This document shows positions 1 through 9,387 of a stretch of DNA of 59,352 bases, one piece after another. The position numbers were made by a program, and so were the translations under genes. Source of the DNA: an uncultured bacterium (GTDB lineage: Bacteria > Fidelibacterota > Marinisomatia > Marinisomatales > UBA1611). The stretch lies in NCBI GenBank assembly GCA_964586315.1, contig CAZPHE010000006.1, positions 1 to 59,352 of the forward strand. Reading direction: 5' to 3'. The notes beneath the pieces were generated by a model, which was not told the origin of the DNA, did not search any database, and worked only from the letters and a program-made list of their open reading frames with translations. Position 1 is the first letter of the stretch. Each line of letters starts with the position of its first letter.

Positions 1-73
1 CCATAGGGGTGTATCCTCCAATTTTGTATCCTCTTTATGGATAATTATGGATAGATATGAATAAAGATGAAAC

Positions 74-102
74 AAAAAAGCCCCGCAGTTAAGCGAGGCT
101 TT
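74..102 (-). terminator. Rho-independent terminator downstream of tRNA-Asp
   Basis: Minus strand reads AAAGCCTCGC-TTAACT-GCGGGGCTTT followed by TTTG: a GC-rich hairpin plus U-tract about 30 bp past the tRNA 3' end. Confidence 0.8.
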
Positions 103-134
103 CTATGAGAGATAAGTGGTATTTACTCTCTGTG

Positions 135-453
<319 letters not shown>

Positions 454-560
454 TTTGGCATCAATATTACGGTTAATTATGAGTCTCCCAAAATCCTTTT
501 TAAATGAGAAATATATTATGATACAGAACAGTTAAAATAATCTTATATTGGGCGCCAAAA

Positions 561-1595
561 ATGAGTGAGAAATCAAAGAAAAAGTTTGTGTTTCTGTTTG
601 GATGTGTAATGATAACTTTATTAATCGTTGCACCTTTAGTATCGGTATTATTTTGGCCACAAAAAAACCATCATCCTGTTATAGATGTTACTATCCAGCC
701 GGGCACAAATTTACGCGAAATATCTGAATTGCTGTATAAGAATAAAATTATATCAAATAAAAAAATGTTTCAATTGGCAGTCCAAATTTTAGGAAAAGAA
801 ACAAAAATTCCGATTGGAACTTTTCGATTAGTCAAAACTCAGTCAAATTATCAAATTATTGATCAATTAGTTTATGGTGCTCCTGAAGTGATAAAAATTA
901 GAATATTAGAAGGATGGAGTATTGAAAAAATTGCAGAATATCTTAGTAGTATAATGGGCTTTGAAAAAGATGATATAATGGCTTTAGCAGAAGATCAAAA
1001 TTTTTTAAATTCAAATGGAATAGAGGCAAATTCTTTAGAAGGATATCTTTATCCTGATACTTATTTTTTTTTCAAAGGCGAGACTCAAAAATCAGTATTG
1101 AATCATCTGGTCTTACAATATAAATCATTTTGGAAAAAATCATTTAAAATGCGTGCAATTGAATTAGGTATGTCAGAGCATGAGATATTAACATTAGCAT
1201 CAATTATTGAAGGTGAAGCAATATTTGATATCGAAAGGCCAAAAATTTCTGCTGTATACCATAATCGACTTAATATTGGTATGAAATTACAAGCAGATCC
1301 TACTATTCAATATATTATTGATGATGGTCCAAGACGCCTTCTTAATAGAGATTTAAGGATACAATCACCCTATAATACCTATTTGAACAAGGGTCTTCCG
1401 CCTGGACCGATTAACTCCCCTGGTAGGAAGTCTATTTTAGCAGCTCTTTATCCTGAAGAAAATGATTTTTTTTATTTTGTCGCTAAAGGAGATGGATACC
1501 ATTCTTTTTCAACCAATGAAATAGACCATAATAAAGCAAAGAAAAGATTGAAAAAATATCGTCGAAGTATTAAAAAGAAACAAAAAAAGATATGA
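561..1595 (+). CDS. mltG: Endolytic transglycosylase MltG (YceG family)
   Basis: N-terminal TM; LEGYLYPDTY, LASIIEGEA, LQADPT, SPYNTY and GLPPGPINSPG motifs. Confidence 0.95.
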   Translation: MSEKSKKKFVFLFGCVMITLLIVAPLVSVLFWPQKNHHPVIDVTIQPGTNLREISELLYKNKIISNKKMFQLAVQILGKETKIPIGTFRLVKTQSNYQIIDQLVYGAPEVIKIRILEGWSIEKIAEYLSSIMGFEKDDIMALAEDQNFLNSNGIEANSLEGYLYPDTYFFFKGETQKSVLNHLVLQYKSFWKKSFKMRAIELGMSEHEILTLASIIEGEAIFDIERPKISAVYHNRLNIGMKLQADPTIQYIIDDGPRRLLNRDLRIQSPYNTYLNKGLPPGPINSPGRKSILAALYPEENDFFYFVAKGDGYHSFSTNEIDHNKAKKRLKKYRRSIKKKQKKI

Positions 1596-3763
1596 GTGTA
1601 GGAAAGTTAAATAAAATTCAACGTGCAGCAATTGAAGCAAATGATGGTCCTGTTCTGATTTTTGCAGGAGCAGGGAGTGGTAAGACTAGAGTTCTAACCC
1701 ACAAAATGGTGTACCTAATAAATAAAGAAAAATATAAACCAGAGAATATTTTATCCGTGACTTTTACAAATAAAGCTGCAAAGGAAATGAAAGATCGAGT
1801 GATGAAGCTTTTAAAAACTGATATTCTTCCTATTACGATTGGAACGTTTCACTCAATTTCTGCTCGTCTTTTAAGGATGGAGGCAAAACATTTAGGTCTT
1901 AATAATCAATTCGCTATATATGATGTTCAAGATCAATTAGATTTAATAAAAGAAGTTTTTAAATATTTAAATATTAGAAAAGACGAGATGACTCCAAACC
2001 AAGCTCGTAATCAAATTAGTTATCTAAAAAGTAAAATGATAAGTCCTGAAGATCAGGCTCGTAAGGCAAGAACAGTATTTGAAAAAAAATCTGCGGAAGT
2101 TTTTGAAAAATATCAAAATGCATTAAAAGAAAATGATGCCCTTGATTTTGATGATTTACTTCTTTATCCACTTGAACTTTTTGATAATCACCCGAAAATT
2201 TTACAAAAATATCAAAAAAAATGGAAATATATACTTGTTGATGAATATCAAGATACCAATAGACCACAGTTTTTTTTCTTAACTAAATTATCTGAAAAAT
2301 ATGAAAAAATTTGTGTTGTAGGTGATGATGATCAATCTATATATGGTTGGAGAGGTGCTGATATTACTAATATATTGGACTTTGAAAAATTTTTTCCAAG
2401 TTGTAGGATATTTACTCTGGAAAAAAATTATCGTTCAACTCAACAAATTTTAGACGCAGCTACCGCTGTAGTTACTCATAATGATCGCCGGACCAAAAAA
2501 AATCTTATAGCAGAGAATGGTACAGGTGAATTGTTGGGTTTAATAGAAACCACAGATGAATTGGAAGAAGCAGATGCAATAATTTCTGCTTTAGAAAAAG
2601 AAATAAAACTACATAAAAGGACTTTTAGCAATTTTGCTGTATTATACCGTACAAATGCACAGTCAAGAGCATTGGAAGATAGTTTTCGAAGAATAGGGAT
2701 TCCTTATAATTTAGTAGGTAGTATTCGATTTTATGAAAGAAAAGAAGTTAAGGATGTATTGGCATACTTAAAATTAGTAATCAATCTAAAAGATACTGTC
2801 TCTCTTCGCCGAATTGTCAATTTTCCACCTCGAGGTATTGGGATGAAAACAATGGATAAATGTGTTGCTCAAGCTGGCGAAAATAAGATAGAATTATTTC
2901 AGGTTTTGAAAGATGCTGACCTATTGCCAATACGTGGTAAACAATCAGAATCCCTAATTAAATTCTATAAGCTAATAAAGAAGTATTATAGTTTTAGAAA
3001 AAAATTTAGTGCCAGTGAGCTAAGCCGTAGTTTAATAGAAGAAGCAGGTGTTTTAAGGCATTTCAAACAATCACAAGATTTGGATGATAAAGAGCGTTAT
3101 GAAAATGTTAAAGAATTATTAAATAGTATTGATGAATTTTCTGCTAGAAAGCCTAAATCGCAATTAAGTGATTTCCTTGAAGAAGTCTCTTTGTTAACAG
3201 ATATTGATCATTGGAATGATTCAGAAAACCGTGTAGCACTTATGACTGTTCATTCTTCAAAAGGTCTTGAATTCCCAGTTGTTTTTGTTGCAGGTTTAGA
3301 TGAAGGGTTATTTCCATTGTACTCTAATTTAGAGAAAAAAGAAGACTTAGAAGAAGAGAGGCGTCTTTTTTATGTTGCTTTAACCAGAGCGCAAGAGCGA
3401 GTATTCCTTTTATATGCAACTAATCGTCGAAGAATGGGAGGTGATAATGTACTAGGCATGCCAAGTCGTTTTATAGGCGAGATACCTAATAAATATTTAG
3501 ATAGGATTGAATTTCAATCAGCACTTACTCGTAGAGTTGTTGGTGGGTCACTACAGAAGAATACTAAAGTTAGAGTAACTCGTACGGTTACAACATTTGA
3601 TGATTTTAAAGTGGGAGATATGGTAGAACATTCTATTTTTGGTATTGGAAAAATTATGGTATTAAGTGGCACAGGTGAGAACCAAAGAGTAGGTGTAGTA
3701 TTTAGAGATGGTACAAAAAAGAAATTGATTGTTAAATATGCCAACCTAACAAAGTTAAACTAA
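1592..3763 (+). CDS. pcrA: ATP-dependent DNA helicase PcrA/UvrD
   Basis: Walker A AGAGSGKT, VDEYQDTN, VGDDDQSIYGWRGA, NYRST, MTVHSSKGLEF, EEERRLFYVALTRA; C-terminal Tudor-like domain (FKVGDMVEHSIFGIG). Confidence 0.97.
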   Translation: MSVGKLNKIQRAAIEANDGPVLIFAGAGSGKTRVLTHKMVYLINKEKYKPENILSVTFTNKAAKEMKDRVMKLLKTDILPITIGTFHSISARLLRMEAKHLGLNNQFAIYDVQDQLDLIKEVFKYLNIRKDEMTPNQARNQISYLKSKMISPEDQARKARTVFEKKSAEVFEKYQNALKENDALDFDDLLLYPLELFDNHPKILQKYQKKWKYILVDEYQDTNRPQFFFLTKLSEKYEKICVVGDDDQSIYGWRGADITNILDFEKFFPSCRIFTLEKNYRSTQQILDAATAVVTHNDRRTKKNLIAENGTGELLGLIETTDELEEADAIISALEKEIKLHKRTFSNFAVLYRTNAQSRALEDSFRRIGIPYNLVGSIRFYERKEVKDVLAYLKLVINLKDTVSLRRIVNFPPRGIGMKTMDKCVAQAGENKIELFQVLKDADLLPIRGKQSESLIKFYKLIKKYYSFRKKFSASELSRSLIEEAGVLRHFKQSQDLDDKERYENVKELLNSIDEFSARKPKSQLSDFLEEVSLLTDIDHWNDSENRVALMTVHSSKGLEFPVVFVAGLDEGLFPLYSNLEKKEDLEEERRLFYVALTRAQERVFLLYATNRRRMGGDNVLGMPSRFIGEIPNKYLDRIEFQSALTRRVVGGSLQKNTKVRVTRTVTTFDDFKVGDMVEHSIFGIGKIMVLSGTGENQRVGVVFRDGTKKKLIVKYANLTKLN

Positions 3764-3838
3764 TTGTTAGATTCTACTGTTTTACTAATTAAGAACTCTA
3801 TTATATTTTAGCTAATAGGAAATAGTTACATATAAAAA

Positions 3839-4252
3839 TTGAATAATGAAAAATTAATTAAAATTCTTCGCAAAGAGGGATTGCGGTTTACTAAGCAAAG
3901 AAAAGCAATTTGGGATGAAGTTAAAACCAACTCTGATCATCTTGATGCTGAAGATTTATTTTATAATATTAAATCAAAGGGTGTTGAAATATCTAGGGCA
4001 ACGGTGTATCGTACCATAGATATGTTAGCAAGGAATAATCTTGTTCGTAAAATGGATGTAGGTGATGGGAGGTATCGTTACGAGCTTAGAAAAGAGGATG
4101 AGCACCATGATCATATGATTTGTTTAGAGACAGGTGATATTATTGAGTTTTTTAATCAGGAATTAGAAGAATTGCAGGAGAAAATTGCAAGAGACCATGG
4201 TTATGCTGTTGTAAGGCATATTCATCAACTATTTGTAAAACCAATTAAATAA
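3839..4252 (+). CDS. fur: Fur-family metalloregulator
   Basis: GLRFTKQRKAI, ISRATVYRTI, HHDHMIC motifs; TTG start. Confidence 0.9.
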   Translation: MNNEKLIKILRKEGLRFTKQRKAIWDEVKTNSDHLDAEDLFYNIKSKGVEISRATVYRTIDMLARNNLVRKMDVGDGRYRYELRKEDEHHDHMICLETGDIIEFFNQELEELQEKIARDHGYAVVRHIHQLFVKPIK

Positions 4253-4260
4253 AAAAATCT

Positions 4261-4708
4261 TCAATTCAATCCTATTTTTACAAAAGTTGTTTTATCATTT
4301 TTATTGAACCAGTATTGGTTTTTCCTATCTCTATTTATCCCATATCTTGATATATTTTTAAACTACGATTTTCAATTTCATTAAGCAATTTTTTTGCCAT
4401 TCCTTTATTTCTATGTTTTGGTTCTATAAATAGATGGAATATTTGAATAGAATTTACATATAATGAGAAACTAACATGTCCATAATCCAATTTTGATATT
4501 TTAGTATAATTGTTGTTAATCTATTTTTATTTGGATGGTAGAATTTCTAAATCCATTTTCTAAAAATAAAAGGATAAGAAAAACTTGTAGATACAAAGTT
4601 TAATGCTTTTGGATCTTTAAACCATTGGGTAAGAACAGGCTTCATTATTTTGCAATCTTCTTTTTGTGAATATGAGATTTCTTCTAGAGTATATTCATAT
4701 AGTACCAT
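4261..4708 (-). pseudogene. Decayed GNAT acetyltransferase (RimJ/RimL-like)
   Basis: Pieces across frames: MVLYEYT...LTQWFKDPKALNFVSTSFSYPFIFRKWI, then TAG (4547-4549), then KFYHPNKNRLTTIILKYQNWI, a 1-nt frameshift near 4482, GHVSFSLYVNSIQIFHLFIEPKHRNKGMAKKLLNEIE (acetyl-CoA motif A), TAA (4335-4337), IEIGKTNTGSIKM (motif B-like), and a further shift to ...FVKIGLN-TGA (4261). Confidence 0.75.
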
Positions 4709-4762
4709 AATAAAAATTACTATTGATTTCAAAATATAATTGTATCATTAGAAAAATAAAAA

Positions 4763-5725
4763 ATGAAAAAACTTACACCTATATCGGACTTTAAAAAGGG
4801 AGATCTTATTCAAGGATTTTATTTATGTGTAGAAAAAAATATGAGGCAAACAAAGGGAGGCGATTTCTACTTGGATTTAGAGCTACGTGATATAACAGGA
4901 CATATTAGTGCTAAAGTATGGAACAATGTAGCAGTTTTCAATAAAAAGTTCGAAAGTGGTAATGCAGTTGCTGTCTCAGGCTATGTAGATTCTTTTTTAG
5001 AACGATTACAGCTTAATGTAAAAAAAATTAATAAAGCAACGATTCAACACTATGGAAGATATGGTTTTGATCCTATTAAAATAGTTCAGGCATCAAAAAA
5101 AGACCCGGAAAAAATGTGGAAACAACTGGAGTTGATAATCAAAAGTATTTCACATAAAAAGCTCCAAAGACTTGTAACTATTATTTATAAATCAAATAAA
5201 AAAAAGTTAATGTTCCATCCAGCATCTATCAAAATAAACCATAATTATAGATCTGGGTTTTTGGAGCATGTTTTTAATATGACTCAAATTGCAAAAAAAA
5301 TATGTCATCTTTACCCTATAGACCGAGATTTAGTTATTACAGGTGTTATGTTAATTAATATTGGGAGATTAAAAGGAATTAGTTCTGGGTATGAGGCAGA
5401 GAATACTAAAGAAGGTAATCTAATTGGACATGATGTCATTGGTCGAGAAATGGTTCTTGATGCTATATCCAGAATAAGCAATTTTCCTAAAATGTTATCT
5501 TTGAAAATAGAAAATATAATTTTAGCAAAAGAAATAATGAATTTTACTGGAGATGTGATAAAACCTTCTTTCCCAGAAGCATTATTTGTTTATTTTATTG
5601 AATTGATTGATTCAAGAATGAATCTTATGGAAATGATTATAAAAAATGACCAACAAACTGGTGATTTTACAACAAGACATAATTATTTCCAGATTCCATT
5701 ATTAAAAAAAAATGAGCCTGATTAA
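4763..5725 (+). CDS. YhaM/Cbf1-like OB-fold + HD-fold protein with degenerate active site
   Basis: N-terminal OB fold (LELRDITGHISAKVW, GYVDSFLERLQLNV), SGFLEHV and FPEAL segments typical of YhaM, but the HD motif reads MLINIG. Confidence 0.85.
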   Translation: MKKLTPISDFKKGDLIQGFYLCVEKNMRQTKGGDFYLDLELRDITGHISAKVWNNVAVFNKKFESGNAVAVSGYVDSFLERLQLNVKKINKATIQHYGRYGFDPIKIVQASKKDPEKMWKQLELIIKSISHKKLQRLVTIIYKSNKKKLMFHPASIKINHNYRSGFLEHVFNMTQIAKKICHLYPIDRDLVITGVMLINIGRLKGISSGYEAENTKEGNLIGHDVIGREMVLDAISRISNFPKMLSLKIENIILAKEIMNFTGDVIKPSFPEALFVYFIELIDSRMNLMEMIIKNDQQTGDFTTRHNYFQIPLLKKNEPD

Positions 5726-5818
5726 ATATTTTTGTTGAAAAGTAGTCCTTCGTATGATCAGTAGTCTATATTATTTAACAAATAGTAATTTAAATATTTA
5801 AAGATTTTAAAACTTAGA

Positions 5819-7468
5819 ATGAAGATATTCTTGAATATTGCAGTAGTTTCTATTTTAAGTTCTCAATCTATGATAACAATTCCATTTGACTGGGGTGGTC
5901 AATTCGGATATATCAATTATTGTGGTGCAATTTTATGGAATCAGGACTGGCGTTCAAAAAATCTATTTTTTGATGGAACCTGGGCACTATACCCACGTAT
6001 GTATGGTCCTGAAATCGAAAATGGATTTTTAAATAATACTATTGATACACTAAATGTGAAAAGTAAACCAAAGATAAGTTCATATTTCAAATATGATCAA
6101 GGTGATTATGCATTGGATAACTTTTCTCTTGGAGCTGAATATAGTATAGAACATAGATTAATTAATTTGCATGGATTTAAAAGAACATTTTCCGGACCTT
6201 TTAATCAATATGCAAATGGTACTTATCAGCCATTGCAACAAACCTATTTAATTTCGTATAAATCATTTAAAGGTTCAGACTATGGCGGAATATCAATAGG
6301 GCATTTTATTACATATTCAGGATTCCCTGATTATGAAAGTATTAGTTTGTTAGAAAATAGAATTTCAAATGCTAATATTTTTTGGAATAAAACTTTTGAA
6401 ACTTTTAAAGTAAAAGTAAATATAGATCAATTTTTACAGCGTTATAGAACACAGCATTCTGATGCAGTAATTAGAGGAAATCGATTTTTAACTAGGAATC
6501 AATATCAATGTGAAATTTTCTATAATAGTAATATACATAATATTTTTTCAATAGGTTATAATTTGAATAACAGAAATGTGCGTGTAGATAATAATTATTT
6601 TAATTTTTATTGGAATGAAATTTTCTTGACCTATAAATGGTACTTTATTGATCTTAGATATGTAATTATTTCAAATAATAGAGATTATTATTATGGTTAT
6701 AATTTTTTATTTCAGAAAGAGTTAGGCTTTTTCAGGATAAAGTTAAATCATTTATCAAAATATTATCCAATTCACCCTTATTATATACTAGGTCATAATA
6801 TTCTGAATATATCTATGTTTATAAATAAAAAATATAATATTGCAGAGTTGTATTTTGATTGGAGATCAAATACTTCTTCAATAAAAATATCTCAAATAGT
6901 GGATGATAAAAACTTTTGGGTCAATACTTCTTTATACTCTTATATGTATCAATCTGATTTCTGGAAACATAAATATTTACAATTGAGTTTTAATCATAAA
7001 ATTAAAATTCTACCTAATCTTGGTCTCTATGCATCCTATATGGTACAAGAAAAAGATAATATTTATTCCGGTGATATAGGTAGCATATTTACGATAAGGT
7101 TAAAATCTAGCTTTAACTTGTTTAAAAATTTTTTAAAAATAAATTTTAATAGTGAATTAAATCGTTTCGGGGATAGAGGATCCAGATTGCATTCTAGTAT
7201 AAATCCAATAGAGATGGTACCTTTATTAAATATTTATACTGATTTACCAAACTATAATAAAGATAAATTAAATCCAGTTAATTTAATTAATGCAAGCATT
7301 GAAGCAAATGTATCATCCTTTGCAATTAGTTTTGAATGGATTAATATAATGGAAATAATCTTGGGAAATTTAGGATCAGATAATGATAACTATTTAACTA
7401 TACATCCTCAAATGCCTGCATTAGGAGGTCAGATGAATTTATCTATTGAATGGCATTTTCAAGATTAA
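5819..7468 (+). CDS. Outer-membrane beta-barrel protein (putative porin, Porin_10-like)
   Basis: Signal peptide, aromatic-rich alternating beta strands, C-terminus MNLSIEWHFQD resembling the W-x-F-x-D ending of FCB putative porins. Confidence 0.5.
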   Translation: MKIFLNIAVVSILSSQSMITIPFDWGGQFGYINYCGAILWNQDWRSKNLFFDGTWALYPRMYGPEIENGFLNNTIDTLNVKSKPKISSYFKYDQGDYALDNFSLGAEYSIEHRLINLHGFKRTFSGPFNQYANGTYQPLQQTYLISYKSFKGSDYGGISIGHFITYSGFPDYESISLLENRISNANIFWNKTFETFKVKVNIDQFLQRYRTQHSDAVIRGNRFLTRNQYQCEIFYNSNIHNIFSIGYNLNNRNVRVDNNYFNFYWNEIFLTYKWYFIDLRYVIISNNRDYYYGYNFLFQKELGFFRIKLNHLSKYYPIHPYYILGHNILNISMFINKKYNIAELYFDWRSNTSSIKISQIVDDKNFWVNTSLYSYMYQSDFWKHKYLQLSFNHKIKILPNLGLYASYMVQEKDNIYSGDIGSIFTIRLKSSFNLFKNFLKINFNSELNRFGDRGSRLHSSINPIEMVPLLNIYTDLPNYNKDKLNPVNLINASIEANVSSFAISFEWINIMEIILGNLGSDNDNYLTIHPQMPALGGQMNLSIEWHFQD

Positions 7469-8463
7469 TAACCCCATATTTCAAAATCACCTGGTAAAGC
7501 ATCAACACCTAATGTTCTAATATGATTACCATGCTCATCATGTATATAAACAGTATCTGGTGCAACATAATCGCTAACTCCTAAAAATACCATTTGATTA
7601 TCTGAGCTGGCAGAATAAATGTTGCTATAATTTCCAATTCGTGCAGAGTGCTTTAGACTTAAATCGGTTTCAATTGGAACCACACCTCCATTTGCGGTCC
7701 TATAAATTTGATTATTTAATTTCATAACATTTCCTCCACAAACTGTACCAGCTCCATAATTGATAATTGAAATTTCTCCAGTTTGAATATTTACCTTACT
7801 AGAACCATAGAATGCTTCCCATGATGAATTATAAAATGTTCTAGAAACCCATAATATTTCTTCATCAAGAATCAAATGTTGCGGACCAAAACCTACTTCA
7901 TAAATTTCTATAACTGATTCTGTTTTTAAGTCTATTTTTGCAATAGTGGACCCTTCATTTTTATCATATAATTCAAGGTTGGAAATACTAACCCATAGAT
8001 GGAGACTATCTGAAACTATATCTTCAGGAATACCATCCAATGTTATAGATGATTCAATATCATACGTGTTTAAATTTAAAACTTTAATATCTTTTGTATT
8101 CCAGTTGGTAAAGTATATTTTATTATTTACAACACACATTTCGCGAGGGCTGGAGTTATTAGTTGGAATTTCAAAACCGGGTAGTTTAAGACCTGTCTCA
8201 GTTATACTATATCTTTTAATCAGATGACTATTGTTTACAATAACGAATAGTTTATCATTATAGACCAACAAAGATTGTACTACATCACCAACATTTTCAA
8301 TAAATTGGATTTTTTTATCACCTGAAAACACAGATATTGAACCATCACTATTTCCAAAGGTACCTTCTGATGCAACAAAAAGGAGAGATGATTCTGGATT
8401 CTCCTTAATATTATCTTCGCAGGCAATATTAATAAAGAGTAAAAGTGGGATTATGATATGCAT
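7465..8463 (-). CDS. BtuG/YncE-like beta-propeller lipoprotein (possible corrinoid binding)
   Basis: Lipobox INIA-C-EDN; motifs VASEGTFG, VGDVVQSL, VIVNNSH, SPRE, FTNW, DYVAPDTVY and ending LGVDALPGDFEIW, colinear with Bacteroides BtuG. ATG at 8463 preferred over TTG at 8475. Confidence 0.7.
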   Translation of the reverse strand: MHIIIPLLLFINIACEDNIKENPESSLLFVASEGTFGNSDGSISVFSGDKKIQFIENVGDVVQSLLVYNDKLFVIVNNSHLIKRYSITETGLKLPGFEIPTNNSSPREMCVVNNKIYFTNWNTKDIKVLNLNTYDIESSITLDGIPEDIVSDSLHLWVSISNLELYDKNEGSTIAKIDLKTESVIEIYEVGFGPQHLILDEEILWVSRTFYNSSWEAFYGSSKVNIQTGEISIINYGAGTVCGGNVMKLNNQIYRTANGGVVPIETDLSLKHSARIGNYSNIYSASSDNQMVFLGVSDYVAPDTVYIHDEHGNHIRTLGVDALPGDFEIWGY

Positions 8464-8661
8464 ATTGATGTCCAATTATTTAAAATAAATTATATAGATT
8501 TTATATATTTTAGTTTTACTTTTCTTCCAAAAATTATATTCTAATGTAACCAATTATAAAAGATTTCTTACTATAAACGATCCTTGGGTCAAGTTAAATT
8601 ACCATTCAAATAATTGTTTATTCAATATTAAATAATTGATTTTTGAAATAGATTTAGTCTA

Positions 8662-9387
8662 ATGGGCAAAATAAAAATGATGTGGTTTATAACTTCAGTT
8701 GGATCTGCACCTATCTATAATAAGCCAAGTTTTAATTCTAATTGTTTAACTGAAACAGTTTATGGAGAGTCAAATAAGATTTTGGATTCAAAAAAAAACT
8801 GGATTTACATAGAATGTCAAGATGGTTACAAAGGATGGATAAATGAATTTTATGGGGCAAAACAATTATTTAAGAATAGAGCACAATTTATTATTGCCTA
8901 TCCAAATGAACATGGACTATTCGATCCAGATTATCCATTCAGTTCTAGAGTAAAAAAAAAAGTAATTGGGGCTAAACCTATAGATCAGCCTTTAGATTTT
9001 AATGAATTAATTTATTTAGCAACTAAGTTATTAGGTATTCCATATAAATGGGGTGGAAAAACTTCCCTTGGCTTTGATTGCTCTGGATTAGTACAATCTG
9101 TTTTAAAAGTTTGTGGATATAATGTACCTAGAGACTCCTATCAACAAAAAGATTTTTTTCGAAATCATAAAATCAATATTATCGATGCACAACCAGGAGA
9201 CCTTCATTTTTTTGGTAAATTAGGCAAGGTTTCGCATGTTGGATTTTCTACAGGAGGAGATGGAATACTCCATGCCCAGGGTTCTGTAAAAAAAGAATCC
9301 TTAAATCCAAATCATACTAATTTCAATAAAAATCTTTTTGATCTCTATCTTTCAAGCAATTCTATTAGACGTAAATTCAAAAGGTGA
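8662..9387 (+). CDS. SH3b + NlpC/P60 peptidase (YkfC-like gamma-D-glutamyl-diamino acid endopeptidase)
   Basis: TETVYGE SH3b motif; LLGIPYKWGGKTSLGFDCSGLVQ catalytic Cys; VSHVG and ILHA His residues; no signal peptide. Confidence 0.88.
   Translation: MGKIKMMWFITSVGSAPIYNKPSFNSNCLTETVYGESNKILDSKKNWIYIECQDGYKGWINEFYGAKQLFKNRAQFIIAYPNEHGLFDPDYPFSSRVKKKVIGAKPIDQPLDFNELIYLATKLLGIPYKWGGKTSLGFDCSGLVQSVLKVCGYNVPRDSYQQKDFFRNHKINIIDAQPGDLHFFGKLGKVSHVGFSTGGDGILHAQGSVKKESLNPNHTNFNKNLFDLYLSSNSIRRKFKR

Noticed and set aside
3764-3838. Fur box upstream of fur
   Set aside because: The best window (GCTAATAGGAAATAGTTAC) matches only 10 of 19 consensus positions, unremarkable in AT-rich DNA.
4261-4708. Stop-codon reassignment or programmed readthrough explaining the GNAT breaks
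   Set aside because: Both TAG and TAA plus frameshifts are involved, and TAG/TAA/TGA terminate ordinary genes throughout the window.
4547-4732. 61-aa ORF as a stand-alone gene
   Set aside because: It is the 5' fragment of the GNAT pseudogene.
8476-8661. Cobalamin riboswitch upstream of the BtuG-like gene
   Set aside because: No GGGAA or GCCACTG core elements and little GC pairing potential on the minus strand.
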